Positions 37,583 to 47,969 of a DNA stretch of 64,000 nucleotides are shown piece by piece. The DNA is from Nitrospira sp. Lineage in GTDB: Bacteria; Nitrospirota; Nitrospiria; Nitrospirales; Nitrospiraceae. The translations under genes were made by a program, and so were the position numbers. Below the pieces are notes generated by a model. That model ran no database searches and was not told the origin of the DNA. It saw only the letters and a program-made list of their open reading frames with translations. The stretch spans positions 192 through 64,191 of the forward strand of contig JARDZZ010000001.1 of the NCBI GenBank assembly GCA_029240595.1, in the 5' to 3' direction. Every line of letters starts with the position of its first letter. Positions within the stretch are counted from its first letter, which is position 1.

Positions 37583-38818
37583 TTAGAAGAACTCGAACAT
37601 CCAGGACTTCATTCGATCTACCATCTTGCCAATTGGCCGCCCGCTCCTGAGTCCCACCGTGGCGGTTTCTTCGGTATGGCGTCGCGCGTGCAACAGTAAT
37701 CCCACCCCGGTTGCATGCATGGGATTGCTGACGATGTCCCGCAGTCCACCAATGCCGGTTGGCACTCCCCGACGGGCGGGAAGGTTTAGCACATGCTCAG
37801 CGGCATCCGGCATGCCTTCCAGTAAGGAAGTGCCGCCCGTCACGACGACTCCGGCGCCTAACATCCCTTCATAGCCCGCACGGGTGATCTCTCGCCTGAC
37901 CAACTCGAACATCTCTTCGACCCGTGGCTCGAGGATCTCGGCAATATCGCGTCGCGAGAACGTTCGTGCTGGGCGGTCTCCGACTGAAGGCACTTCTACC
38001 GTTTCATGGCCCTGCACCAATTCCGTCCTCGTCACACCATGCTGCACTTTGATCTTCTCGGCTTCCGTCTGGGAGGTGAGCAACCCGATGGCCAAATCCT
38101 TGGTCAGGTTTTGTCCCCCGATCGGGAGCACGGCCGAATGTCGGATGCTTCCATCCAGATATATGGCGAGGTCGGTAGTGCCGCCTCCCAGATCCACCAT
38201 GGCCACGCCGAGATCTCGCTCTTCCTGGCTGAGCACCGCTTCGCTGGAGGCGAGAGGCTGCAGAATGATGTCGACGACATCGAGCCCCGCACGATTCACG
38301 CTCTTGATGATGTTCTGTGCCGACGTGACGGCACCGGTGATCACATGGACATTCACCTCCAAGCGATTGCCGGAGAGTCCCAAGGGCTCGCGAACGCCCT
38401 CCTGGCCGTCCACCATGAATTCCCGGGGCAATACGTGAAGAATCCGGCGCTCGTGAGGAATGACGGCCAACGTTCTCGCGCTTTCGATTGCCCGATGGAT
38501 GTCGTCGCGCGTCACCTCAGCTTTCTTGAGAGCGACGACGCCTTTGCAGTTTTCAGCAGAGATGTGGCTGCCGGCGATCCCCGTGTAGACGGAATTGATC
38601 TGCACCGCCGCCATCAATTCCGCTTCTTCGACCGCTTTCTTGATGGACTCCACGGTGCTCTCGATATCGACGACCACGCCCTTGCGAAGTCCGCGCGACG
38701 GACTCGAACCGACGCCAATGATGCTCAAAGTCCCTTCCTCGGTCACTTCGGAAACGATCGCGCAGATCTTCGTCGTCCCAATATCCAATCCCACGAGAAT
38801 TTGGTCCCGCTTCGCCAC
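37583..38818 (-). CDS. ftsA: cell division protein FtsA
   Basis: GLDIGTTKI, DLGGGTT and VVTGG motifs. Confidence 0.97.
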   Translation of the reverse strand: MAKRDQILVGLDIGTTKICAIVSEVTEEGTLSIIGVGSSPSRGLRKGVVVDIESTVESIKKAVEEAELMAAVQINSVYTGIAGSHISAENCKGVVALKKAEVTRDDIHRAIESARTLAVIPHERRILHVLPREFMVDGQEGVREPLGLSGNRLEVNVHVITGAVTSAQNIIKSVNRAGLDVVDIILQPLASSEAVLSQEERDLGVAMVDLGGGTTDLAIYLDGSIRHSAVLPIGGQNLTKDLAIGLLTSQTEAEKIKVQHGVTRTELVQGHETVEVPSVGDRPARTFSRRDIAEILEPRVEEMFELVRREITRAGYEGMLGAGVVVTGGTSLLEGMPDAAEHVLNLPARRGVPTGIGGLRDIVSNPMHATGVGLLLHARRHTEETATVGLRSGRPIGKMVDRMKSWMFEFF

Positions 38819-38822
38819 AGCC

Positions 38823-39692
38823 TCACCCCCTTTCCCTGACGATCACCCGGTTGTCATAGCGCAAATCTACGTCGTGACCCTCATGCTTCCGTCCATCGAG
38901 AGCCGGCATCCTGAACGCCGCTTTGACTTTCATGAAGCGCTCCCATTGATCCTTGAGCGCATCGCTACCGAAATGAAATCGAACTCCTCTGGCGGAGGCG
39001 ACAAGATTTACGGGGTGAGCCATGTCGAGCTCGATCCGTCCATCCAGGGATTCGGCCATCCATCTTGCCAGTTCGACCGCGGACTGAAGTCGCTGCTTGA
39101 TGCCGAGATCACCTTGCGCCAAGAGCGTGCCGTCCACGCCCGTCAAGAGCGGCAAGGTCGCCTCGTCGCGGGTACCGAGGCGGGCGAGGATGACTCCTTC
39201 CTTATCGATGAGGACCTGTTCGGACCCTAGACGGACAATGGCTGCGGGCGTCCGCTCAACGACCGTCACGCGCAGCTCATGCAAAGGCAACCGCTCGATG
39301 GTCGCTTCCTTGATCCAGGGATGGGTCCGGACACGCTCGGCGAGATAAGACAGGCTGACCTGATATTGAGCGAGCCCTTTCCTCAAGGCCAACCGGTCGA
39401 TCACCTCCTGCTTGGTGACTTGATGCGTCCCTTCCACTGATACCTGTTTAATCTCGAGCCCTCGGTGAAGCATCGGTCCGAGCTGTTGCGAGAGCATGAG
39501 GATCGTCCAGCACACGGCAACTGCTCCCCCCAACCATCCGGAGAGGCGGAGGGCTCTTCGGTACCGTGTCAGCCGCTCGATCCGTCTGGCCCGCTGCCGG
39601 TGATCCATCGACTGAGCCGCTCGTGGGCCTTTCCATTCATTACTGCGATGGCCGGCTGCTTTTGCGGGCGGCTTGCGCCTAAGAAGTCTCAT
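38823..39692 (-). CDS. ftsQ: cell division protein FtsQ
   Basis: Single TM segment, POTRA domain (PWIK.A.I.R.P..L.V.V.ER.P) and C-terminal DLRY; located between ddl and ftsA. Confidence 0.88.
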   Translation of the reverse strand: MRLLRRKPPAKAAGHRSNEWKGPRAAQSMDHRQRARRIERLTRYRRALRLSGWLGGAVAVCWTILMLSQQLGPMLHRGLEIKQVSVEGTHQVTKQEVIDRLALRKGLAQYQVSLSYLAERVRTHPWIKEATIERLPLHELRVTVVERTPAAIVRLGSEQVLIDKEGVILARLGTRDEATLPLLTGVDGTLLAQGDLGIKQRLQSAVELARWMAESLDGRIELDMAHPVNLVASARGVRFHFGSDALKDQWERFMKVKAAFRMPALDGRKHEGHDVDLRYDNRVIVRERG

Positions 39693-40669
39693 GCCGCGTG
39701 CTCTTTATTTTTCATTCTGGCGAGCGCGGATTCGAGAATCCGCTCCGTCAATTCTTCGTAGCCAATGCCGGCCTGAACCGCGGCCATTGGCAAAAGGCTG
39801 GTTTCCGTCATGCCTGGTACTGTATTGAGTTCCAGCACATACGGGCGTCCGCGGGGCGTAATCCGAAAATCCACGCGGGCAGCCCCTGCACAGCCCAAGA
39901 CTTCGAATGCCCGCAACGCCAAGACGCCGATTTCCTTCGTGACGGCAGCCGGAAGAGGTGCCGGGCAGAGGTATTGGGTCTTCCCTTTTTCGTACTTTGC
40001 TGAGAAATCGTAAAAACCGCCTGGGGCGACGATCTCCACGGCCGGAAGAACCACCGGCGTCTCGTTCTCTCGCCCCAGCAGCGAGACGGTCACTTCATGG
40101 CCGGGAATGTAGGCTTCCACCATCGCTTCCCGATCGTAACGGTGGGCGAGTGACAGAGCAGGATTCCACTGCGCAGGCTTCTTCACAATGGTCACGCCGA
40201 TCGTGGACCCCTCGGATGCCGGCTTCACGACCACGGGCCACCGAAGTTTGGTCGATCGCAGAGCCTGCGCATGGGAAATCCGCTCTCCCCGCTTGATGAC
40301 CATGCCTGCCGGAACCGGAATGGCATGTGCTGCAAGGACCGTTTTTGTCGTCACCTTGTGCATGCCCACGGCGCTGGCTTGCACACCGGAGCCCGTGTAG
40401 GGAATGCCCACCGTTTCCAAAAATCCCTGAATGGATCCGTCCTCTCCGCCTGGACCATGGAGCGCCAGGAACGCAACGGCAATCTTTTGCTCCTGCAAGT
40501 CGCGACTCAACGTCGGACCGACGTCGACGGTCACCGCGTCATATCCCAAGCGGCAGAGTGCGCCGTGGACCGCTGCCCCCGTCCGCAAAGACACTTCGCG
40601 CTCGGATGATTGCCCCCCCATCAGCACGCCGATCCGAGCTTGGGTGAGACGTCGTCGTTCCGTCTTCAT
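39689..40669 (-). CDS. ddl: D-alanine--D-alanine ligase
   Basis: GGQSSEREVSL, LHGPGGEDG and ELNTVPGMT motifs. Confidence 0.96.
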   Translation of the reverse strand: MKTERRRLTQARIGVLMGGQSSEREVSLRTGAAVHGALCRLGYDAVTVDVGPTLSRDLQEQKIAVAFLALHGPGGEDGSIQGFLETVGIPYTGSGVQASAVGMHKVTTKTVLAAHAIPVPAGMVIKRGERISHAQALRSTKLRWPVVVKPASEGSTIGVTIVKKPAQWNPALSLAHRYDREAMVEAYIPGHEVTVSLLGRENETPVVLPAVEIVAPGGFYDFSAKYEKGKTQYLCPAPLPAAVTKEIGVLALRAFEVLGCAGAARVDFRITPRGRPYVLELNTVPGMTETSLLPMAAVQAGIGYEELTERILESALARMKNKEHAA

Positions 40670-40693
40670 CTTTTGACCAACAGCATTATTCAG

Positions 40694-41641
40694 TCAGGCC
40701 TCGCCTACGATCTTCAATTCGAGGTCAAGCCGGACACCGGCTTTCCGCTTGATTGTCTGCCGGACTTTGCTGATTAATTGAATGACGTCAGCCGCACTCG
40801 CATGTCCGCGGTTGACGATGAAGTTTCCATGCTTCATCGATACCTCCGCATCACCGACTCGAGCGCCCTTCAACCCTGCCGCTTCGAGCAGCCGACCCGC
40901 CGAATCATCAGGAGGATTCTTGAACACGCAGCCGGCACTGGGCATCGTGAGCGGCTGAGTATCCTTCCTATAATGAAGATAATCTTTGACCACTCGTTCG
41001 ATTTCTCCGCGAAGACCCTGGCGCAACTGAAGCCATACTCCAACCACGATGCCCTTCGGCAGCACGGCCCTCCGGTACTGAAATGGAATGGACGAAGCCG
41101 GCAGATCGCGGAGCTCACCCTTCATCGTGATGAGCCTGACCGCTTTCACGGCGTCTTTCATTTCGCCCAGCCTTGTTCCTGCGTTCATCACCAAACAACC
41201 TCCGACGGTCCCGGGAATGCCGGCCGCCCATTCCAAGCCGGACAATGACCGCCGGATGGCATGACCGATCAAGGTTGGCATCCCCACGCCGCCTTCCGCA
41301 TAGAGGACCGCTCCCGGCTCCTCATGTATCCCGCGAAGCTTCGACAAACTCACCACGATGCCGCGAATCCCTCCGTCTCGGATGAGAAGATTCGTCCCGC
41401 CGAGCACGAATATGGGAATGCGTGCTGCGCTCGCTTGGCTGACGAGCCGGCGAACATCTTCGACGTCAGCCGGCTCCACAAGCACATCGGCAGGCCCGCC
41501 GATCTTGAAGGAGGTATAGGCCTCCAACGACGCGTCGAAGCGGATGCGACCGCGAAGATCTGCCACGACGGCTTCCAAACCCTTGCGGTCGAATCGGGAT
41601 CTCGTCCTGGGTCTCTTCGTTCGTTGTCCATCGGCGTTCAT
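40694..41641 (-). CDS. murB: UDP-N-acetylenolpyruvoylglucosamine reductase
   Basis: IGGPAD, GIPGTVGG..MNAG, SAGCVFKNP and KHGNFIVN motifs; start approximate. Confidence 0.93.
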   Translation of the reverse strand: MNADGQRTKRPRTRSRFDRKGLEAVVADLRGRIRFDASLEAYTSFKIGGPADVLVEPADVEDVRRLVSQASAARIPIFVLGGTNLLIRDGGIRGIVVSLSKLRGIHEEPGAVLYAEGGVGMPTLIGHAIRRSLSGLEWAAGIPGTVGGCLVMNAGTRLGEMKDAVKAVRLITMKGELRDLPASSIPFQYRRAVLPKGIVVGVWLQLRQGLRGEIERVVKDYLHYRKDTQPLTMPSAGCVFKNPPDDSAGRLLEAAGLKGARVGDAEVSMKHGNFIVNRGHASAADVIQLISKVRQTIKRKAGVRLDLELKIVGEA

Positions 41642-41645
41642 CGCA

Positions 41646-43037
41646 TCATGAAGCAGCGGCCAGCTTCTCCAGTAATGCAGGCCCTGTCTTCCAGATGTCT
41701 CCCGCCCCAAGCGTGATCACCAGATCACCGGCTTTCAACTGAGGAAGCACTTGCTCGGTCAATTGGTCCTTCCGCTCGACAAAGGTGACCGGCGGATGGC
41801 CGACGGCACGAATCGCCTCCGCTAATCTGGCGCCCGATACTCCGGGAATCGGTGACTCACTGGCCGCATAAATCTCGGTCAAAAAGAGGCGATCGGCATC
41901 TTGAAATGCCTTGGAAAAATCCTCCAATAAGTCTCTGGTCCGCGTGTAGCGATGCGGCTGAAAGAGCACGACCAGTCGCCGCTCGGGCCACCCTTGTTTT
42001 GCGGCGGCCAGCGTCGCTTTGATTTCAGTCGGGTGGTGGCCATAGTCGTCCACGACCATGACCCCGTTGGATTCTCCGCGTATATGAAATCGCCGCTCCA
42101 CACCGGTAAAGGCGGCCAATGCCTTGCGGATCAAATCCACCGGCACGTCGAGTTCGACGCCGATGGCGATCGCCGCCAACGCGTTCGAGACGTTATGAAT
42201 ACCCGGCACCGCCAGGCGAAACGGTCCCAGGTTCCTGGTCCTGAAAAACGCCCGGAATTCTGAACCGCCTTGTTTGGCCACGATGTCGGTCGCACGAAAA
42301 TCGGGGGTCACGCCATCCGACTCCGACAAGCCGTACGTGTAATACCGCTTGACTATATTGGGGAACAGCCCCCGTAGCCGATGATCATCGGCACACAACA
42401 CCGCCAGCCCGTAGAACGGGACCTTATTGATGAATTCAAGGAAGCTTTCATAAATACGTTCCATACTGCCGTAATGATCCAGATGCTCACGGTCCAGGTT
42501 GGTCACGGCGATGATGGTTGGAGACAGTCGTAAAAACGATCCGTCGCTCTCATCGGCCTCCGCCACAAGCAGCTCTCCCCGACCCAGCCGGGCGTGGCTA
42601 CCCAAGGCATTCACTTTGCCCCCGATCACCATCGTGGGGTCCAAGCCTCCCTGCGCCAGGACATTCGCCACCATGGACGTCGTGGTGGTCTTTCCGTGAG
42701 CGCCGGCGATGGCCACGCCGAATTTCAGCCGCATGAGTTCGGCGAGCATTTCGGCTCGCGGGATGACCGGAATCTGTTTAGCCTTAGCCGCCGTCACCTC
42801 CGGGTTTTGCGGCGAAACGGCGGACGAAATCACCACAACCTGAGCCTCCCCGATCTGGGACTCGTGATGGCCGATAAAAATCCGGCCTCCCAATTCCTCC
42901 AACCGCCTGGTGGTATCGGAGGCCTGTTGATCGGAGCCGGTCACCTTGTAGCCGAGGGTCAGCAACACCTCGGCGATCCCACTCATGCCCGAGCCGCCGA
43001 TCCCCACCAAATGAATGTGCTGTGTTTTCCGAAACAT
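41646..43037 (-). CDS. murC: UDP-N-acetylmuramate--L-alanine ligase
   Basis: GIGGSGMS, GAHGKTTT, EADESD, DDYGHHP and FQPHR motifs. Confidence 0.97.
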   Translation of the reverse strand: MFRKTQHIHLVGIGGSGMSGIAEVLLTLGYKVTGSDQQASDTTRRLEELGGRIFIGHHESQIGEAQVVVISSAVSPQNPEVTAAKAKQIPVIPRAEMLAELMRLKFGVAIAGAHGKTTTTSMVANVLAQGGLDPTMVIGGKVNALGSHARLGRGELLVAEADESDGSFLRLSPTIIAVTNLDREHLDHYGSMERIYESFLEFINKVPFYGLAVLCADDHRLRGLFPNIVKRYYTYGLSESDGVTPDFRATDIVAKQGGSEFRAFFRTRNLGPFRLAVPGIHNVSNALAAIAIGVELDVPVDLIRKALAAFTGVERRFHIRGESNGVMVVDDYGHHPTEIKATLAAAKQGWPERRLVVLFQPHRYTRTRDLLEDFSKAFQDADRLFLTEIYAASESPIPGVSGARLAEAIRAVGHPPVTFVERKDQLTEQVLPQLKAGDLVITLGAGDIWKTGPALLEKLAAAS

Positions 43038-43101
43038 CGATGTCCGCCTCAGACCACCAGCTGCCTGCGAGGGGGTGAAGCCGTTGCGTTGCCCTGTCCC
43101 A

Positions 43102-44226
43102 TCAGATCCCTGCTGCTCCAAGAGAATGGTTGACATGACGCTGGTCTCCTATGAGTGCATAGCATTCACGGACGATGGCTTCAGCCGCGTCCAATCGCCT
43201 CAAGCCAACACTCGCATCTTCCATCGCTTTCATCCGCTGAGGGTCGTCGAGGATTTGGGCCACCGACCGGGCCAAAGTCGCGCCGGTGAGGTCCGCCTGG
43301 GGCAGGACCACCGCAGCGCCTGCAGCTTCCATGACCTTGGCATTCTTCATTTGATGATCATAAATTGCGGTCGGCAACGGAATGAGAATGGCCGGCTTGC
43401 CGCAAGTTGTCAGCTCCGCCACTGTCATGGCGCCGGCACGCGCTACAACGACATCCGCGGCGTTGATGGCCGCTGGCATGTCGTACACAAACGGCAGGAC
43501 AGTGGCCGTGACTCCGGCCCGCCGATAGGCTTGACTCACCCGATCATGGTCCGCCTCGCCCGTCTGATGCGTGACGGTCACGTGCGGCCGTTGTTTGAGA
43601 AGATCCGGAAGCCCCTCGATCGCCGCGCTGTTGAGGGCTTTGGCGCCTTGACTGCCGCCAAAGACCAATACGTGATGACCGCCTCGCTGGCGCTCTCCTC
43701 CAGGCGGACGACATTGAGTGAGAAACTCTTTCCGGACCGGTGTTCCTACGACACGTCCTTTGCGTTGATCGAAGAAGCGCGCCGCTGATTCAAACGCGAG
43801 AAACACGCGCTGAACGAATGGGGCGACCGCTTTATTGGCCAGACCAGGATACGCATTAGGCTCCAAAATCACCCGGGGGATGCGCTTCAATGCGGCTGCC
43901 AATACCATCATAGGGCTGGTATACCCTCCGACCCCGATGACGAGACGCGCCTGTCGCTGGCTCAAGATCCGGCCGCATTGCCAGAGACTGAGCGGCATGG
44001 CGCACAACCCCTTCAACACGTCAGTGAGTCCTTTGCCCATCACCGGCTTCGCATTAATTAAGACCAACTCGAATCCCTCGTGAGCCAGCACTTTGGACTC
44101 GAGACCGCGTGACGTTCCCACGAACAAGACTTTCGTCATCGGATCGCGGTGCAGAAATTCCCGCGCCAGCGCCACAGCCGGATACAGATGTCCTCCCGTT
44201 CCTCCGGCGGCAATGACGATGGTCAT
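43102..44226 (-). CDS. murG: lipid II GlcNAc transferase
   Basis: GGTGGH, GGSQGA, RAGA.T..E and HQ..NA motifs. Confidence 0.97.
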   Translation of the reverse strand: MTIVIAAGGTGGHLYPAVALAREFLHRDPMTKVLFVGTSRGLESKVLAHEGFELVLINAKPVMGKGLTDVLKGLCAMPLSLWQCGRILSQRQARLVIGVGGYTSPMMVLAAALKRIPRVILEPNAYPGLANKAVAPFVQRVFLAFESAARFFDQRKGRVVGTPVRKEFLTQCRPPGGERQRGGHHVLVFGGSQGAKALNSAAIEGLPDLLKQRPHVTVTHQTGEADHDRVSQAYRRAGVTATVLPFVYDMPAAINAADVVVARAGAMTVAELTTCGKPAILIPLPTAIYDHQMKNAKVMEAAGAAVVLPQADLTGATLARSVAQILDDPQRMKAMEDASVGLRRLDAAEAIVRECYALIGDQRHVNHSLGAAGI

Positions 44227-44228
44227 TC

Positions 44229-45416
44229 TCAGTCCCCACTACGTCCGCCTTTAGATGCCCCGCCATGCCGATCCCTCGAAATGCTCAGAAGGATCCCGAC
44301 GCCGACGAAACTCACGACGAGCGACGACCCGCCGTAGCTGACAAAAGGCAGCGTCAGCCCCTTGGTTGGCAGCAACCCGGTCACAACGGCGGCGTTGACC
44401 AGTGCTTGGATCCCGATTAACAGGGTGATGCCCATTCCGAGATACTTGCCGAACGGCATCCGCGCCCGCGCGGCAATGTGGAACCCTCGCCACACAAAGA
44501 GCCCGAAAAGGACAATGACCGCCGCTGTACCGGCTAAGCCGAGTTCTTCCCCTACAAGGGCCAACACGAAATCGGTGTGCGCTTCCGGTAGAAAAAACAA
44601 TTTCTGCTTCCCTTCGCCTAGGCCCACGCCAAAAGGGCCGCCGCTGCCAAATGCGAGAAAAGATTGGGTGATCTGAAATCCGGCGTCGGAAGCGTCTTTC
44701 CACGGGGCGAGAAAGGTCATCAGCCGCTGCCGTCGGTAGCTGGAGCTCAGGACAAGTATGAAAATCACAGGAATTGCACAGAGACCAAGACTGACCAGAT
44801 GACCTATCCGCGCACCGCCGAGGAACAGCAGAGACACCGTAACCAGTCCCATGACGACGACGGTACCCAGATCCGGCTCCAGCAACACGAGCCCGCTGAG
44901 GACCGCGATCACGATCAACGCCGGCAGGAGACCGCTCCGGAAGAGCGTCAACTTGTCCGCCTTCTTGGCCAGGTAGGTCGCCAGGTAGATCACCGAGACA
45001 AGCTTCACCATTTCCGCCGGTTGGATCGAAATGGGACCCCATCGAAGCCAGCGCCTGGCGCCCTTGGCCGCGACGCCCAGCGAAGGGACCAACACCATGA
45101 CGAGCAGGATCGCCATACTGATGAGGATAGGCATCGAAAGTTTTTTCCACAGCGGGTAATCGATGCGGGAGGTCAAATGCATGAGCAAGAAGCCGAAGCC
45201 CAGCCAAGCGATCTGCCGTTTCAAAAAGAACTCGGGATCCTGGAATCGATTGCCGGCCACAATCGCGCTGGCACTGAACACCATGACCAGCCCCATGAGG
45301 GCGAGTGTCAGCGTCACAACAAGCAGTACATGATCCATCGCTACTCGTGACTGGCCCGATCGTTGTCCTGTCGTCGGCCAAGGCAACGATAACGTTCCTG
45401 CAGTTCGAGATCCCAT
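44229..45416 (-). CDS. ftsW: SEDS glycosyltransferase FtsW
   Basis: GARRW, QPAE, EPDLG, PEAHTDF and LPFVSYGGSS motifs. Confidence 0.96.
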   Translation of the reverse strand: MGSRTAGTLSLPWPTTGQRSGQSRVAMDHVLLVVTLTLALMGLVMVFSASAIVAGNRFQDPEFFLKRQIAWLGFGFLLMHLTSRIDYPLWKKLSMPILISMAILLVMVLVPSLGVAAKGARRWLRWGPISIQPAEMVKLVSVIYLATYLAKKADKLTLFRSGLLPALIVIAVLSGLVLLEPDLGTVVVMGLVTVSLLFLGGARIGHLVSLGLCAIPVIFILVLSSSYRRQRLMTFLAPWKDASDAGFQITQSFLAFGSGGPFGVGLGEGKQKLFFLPEAHTDFVLALVGEELGLAGTAAVIVLFGLFVWRGFHIAARARMPFGKYLGMGITLLIGIQALVNAAVVTGLLPTKGLTLPFVSYGGSSLVVSFVGVGILLSISRDRHGGASKGGRSGD

Positions 45417-45447
45417 TGATCAGAGTCGGGCCTCCTGATTTCGTCCG

Positions 45448-46857
45448 CTACTCCGGTAGCGACTGCACCGCCGATTTAAACTGGCGACCGCGGTCCTGGT
45501 AGTCCTGGAACATGTCGAAACTCGCGCAGGCCGGCGACATCAATACGACATCACCGGCCGCCGCCTCGCGAGCTGCCCACTCTACTGCGCCCCGCAAGGA
45601 CTCCGCTTCGCTTATGGTCGTCGCGCCAGTCCAAGCCGCCTTCAACAACGGTGCGGCTTCCCCAATCAACACGACATGCTTGACCCGGCGCCGAATGGCT
45701 TCGGTAAGACGGGAAAAATCGCCGCCCTTGTCACGACCGCCCGCGATCAGCCAGATCGGTCGCTCGATTCCCTCGAGCGCCTTGAGAGTGGCATCCACGT
45801 TCGTTCCTTTCGAATCGTTCACAAAGCGCACCCCACGCCGTTCCCTCACAAGCTCCAAGGCATGCTCCAGCCCTGGGAACGCCGTCACAACACGGCTGAT
45901 GATGTCGAGAGGGCATCCCCATAGGGCCGCATAGGTGGCCGCAGCCATGACATTCTCCACGTTGTGATGTCCGATGATCTTAAGTTCGCTCTTACGACAG
46001 ATGTGCTGTCGGCCTCCAGCGACGGTCGTAACGATTTCGTCGCCGTCCAGATAGGTTCCGCCATCGAAGCCGGCGCCGATTGACTGTGTCCTGGAAAATC
46101 CGAGGCGCCTGGCCTGCACCGTACTCTTCAGGTTGGCTACTCTGGGGTCATCGAGATTGAACAGCGCGAAATCGTCGCTCGTTTGATTTTCGAAAATCCG
46201 CCGTTTGGCTGCGACGTATTCGTCAATTGAGTCATACCGGTCCTGATGATCGACCGTGACGTTCAAGATCGCCGCCGCCCAGGGATGGAACCGATCGATC
46301 GTCTCCAATTGGAAACTGGACACTTCAACCGCGAGGTACTCATAAGGATCCGGCTTGCCTTGCTTCTTTGCCTGGAGAGTGGTCCAAGCGGCTTCGCTGA
46401 GCGCAGTACCCAGGTTTCCTCCGACGAATGCGCGCTTGCCTTGCTCGGCCAGCATCTTTCCGATCAGCGTCACGGTCGTGCTTTTTCCATTCGTCCCCGT
46501 CACGGCAAGGATCGGCGCCGAGAGAAATCGGGAGGCCAGCTCAAGCTCGCTGATGACTTGAACGCCCCGTCGTCGGACGTGCTCGAGTGCTTCCATGCGG
46601 TAGGGCACACCGGGACTAATGACGACGAGATCGGCGCGGTCGAGCGAACGTTCGTACTGGGAGCCGACCGACACCTGGACGGAATTGCGATCCACTGTCC
46701 GAAGGACCGTGGCCAATTCCACCTCGTCCTTTCGATCGGCTACCGTCACACGAGCTCCGGCTTCCCTGAGTAGGTGACAGGCGGCGACTCCGCTTCGTGC
46801 GAGACCGAGCACCGTCACCTGCGCTCCTGACAAGTCCACTTCTTCGACCTCCAGCAT
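45448..46857 (-). CDS. murD: UDP-MurNAc-L-Ala--D-Glu ligase
   Basis: [29 protein letters not shown] and SPACASFD motifs. Confidence 0.96.
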   Translation of the reverse strand: MLEVEEVDLSGAQVTVLGLARSGVAACHLLREAGARVTVADRKDEVELATVLRTVDRNSVQVSVGSQYERSLDRADLVVISPGVPYRMEALEHVRRRGVQVISELELASRFLSAPILAVTGTNGKSTTVTLIGKMLAEQGKRAFVGGNLGTALSEAAWTTLQAKKQGKPDPYEYLAVEVSSFQLETIDRFHPWAAAILNVTVDHQDRYDSIDEYVAAKRRIFENQTSDDFALFNLDDPRVANLKSTVQARRLGFSRTQSIGAGFDGGTYLDGDEIVTTVAGGRQHICRKSELKIIGHHNVENVMAAATYAALWGCPLDIISRVVTAFPGLEHALELVRERRGVRFVNDSKGTNVDATLKALEGIERPIWLIAGGRDKGGDFSRLTEAIRRRVKHVVLIGEAAPLLKAAWTGATTISEAESLRGAVEWAAREAAAGDVVLMSPACASFDMFQDYQDRGRQFKSAVQSLPE

Positions 46858-46862
46858 GTCCC

Positions 46863-47939
46863 TCACCGCAGTTTCAAGGTGCTCAGACTTAAGAGCGCCA
46901 GAAGGATCGCGATGATCCAGAGCCGCACGACGACCTTTGGCTCCTCCCATCCCTTCATTTCAAAATGATGATGGATCGGCGCCATCAAAAATATCCGTTT
47001 GCCACGCGACTTGAAGGACGCCACTTGAAAAATGACGGACACCGCTTCGATCACGAACACGCCTCCAACCATGAGGAGTAATAATTCGTGCTTGCTAATG
47101 ACCGCCACGGTCCCAAGTGCCGCGCCCAGGGGCAGTGAACCGACGTCGCCCATAAAGACCGATGCGGGATAGGTATTGAACCAGAGGAATCCGAGGCTCG
47201 ATCCCAAAATTGCGGCTGTAAAGACGGCGATCTCACCTGCGCCATCAATATGAGGGATGAGCAGATAATCCGACATGATGCGGTGCCCGGCGACATAGGC
47301 GACGATGGTGTAGGCCAAGGATGCGATCATGATCGGACCGATCGCGAGACCGTCCAGCCCGTCAGTCAAGTTTACGGCGTTCGAACTGCCGACGATGACC
47401 AGGACGACGAAGATGATGTAGAACCAACCGAGGTCCGGCATGAAATTCTTAAAGAACGGGACGTTCAGCCTCGTGGAATAGCTGGGGAGGAAATACAGTG
47501 CGACGGCAATCAACAGTGCCACGGCGATCTGGGCGCTGAATTTCTGTGTTGGCGAAAGGCCTTTGGACCGTGCCTTGATAAACTTCAAGTAATCGTCCAC
47601 AAACCCGATCGCCCCGAACCCTAACGTCGCGATCATCACGAGCCAGACATAGGGTTTCGTGATATCTGCCCACAGCATCGTCGACAGCAGGACGGCAAAG
47701 ATGATGAGGAGGCCGCCCATGGTCGGTGTGCCGCTCTTGGTCACGTGATGCTTGGGCCCGTCGTCGCGAATCTGTTGCCCGAGCTTGATCTCTTGCAGCT
47801 TGCGGATGAGCCACGGGGTGAGCACGAAGGCAATGAGAAATGCCGTCACTGCAGCATAAATGATCCGAAAACTCAGGTACCGAAACACATTAAGGAAGCC
47901 ATATTCGGTATGAAGCGGATATAGGAGGTTGTACAGCAT
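46863..47939 (-). CDS. mraY: phospho-N-acetylmuramoyl-pentapeptide transferase
   Basis: [28 protein letters not shown] and APIHHHFE motifs. Confidence 0.97.
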   Translation of the reverse strand: MLYNLLYPLHTEYGFLNVFRYLSFRIIYAAVTAFLIAFVLTPWLIRKLQEIKLGQQIRDDGPKHHVTKSGTPTMGGLLIIFAVLLSTMLWADITKPYVWLVMIATLGFGAIGFVDDYLKFIKARSKGLSPTQKFSAQIAVALLIAVALYFLPSYSTRLNVPFFKNFMPDLGWFYIIFVVLVIVGSSNAVNLTDGLDGLAIGPIMIASLAYTIVAYVAGHRIMSDYLLIPHIDGAGEIAVFTAAILGSSLGFLWFNTYPASVFMGDVGSLPLGAALGTVAVISKHELLLLMVGGVFVIEAVSVIFQVASFKSRGKRIFLMAPIHHHFEMKGWEEPKVVVRLWIIAILLALLSLSTLKLR

Positions 47940-47969
47940 GCGTGCCTTGATCTCGTTCCGCCCGCTTCT

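Noticed and set aside
44251-45381. 376-aa alternative-frame ORF within ftsW
   Set aside because: Arg/Gly/Ala-rich off-frame translation with no recognisable domain
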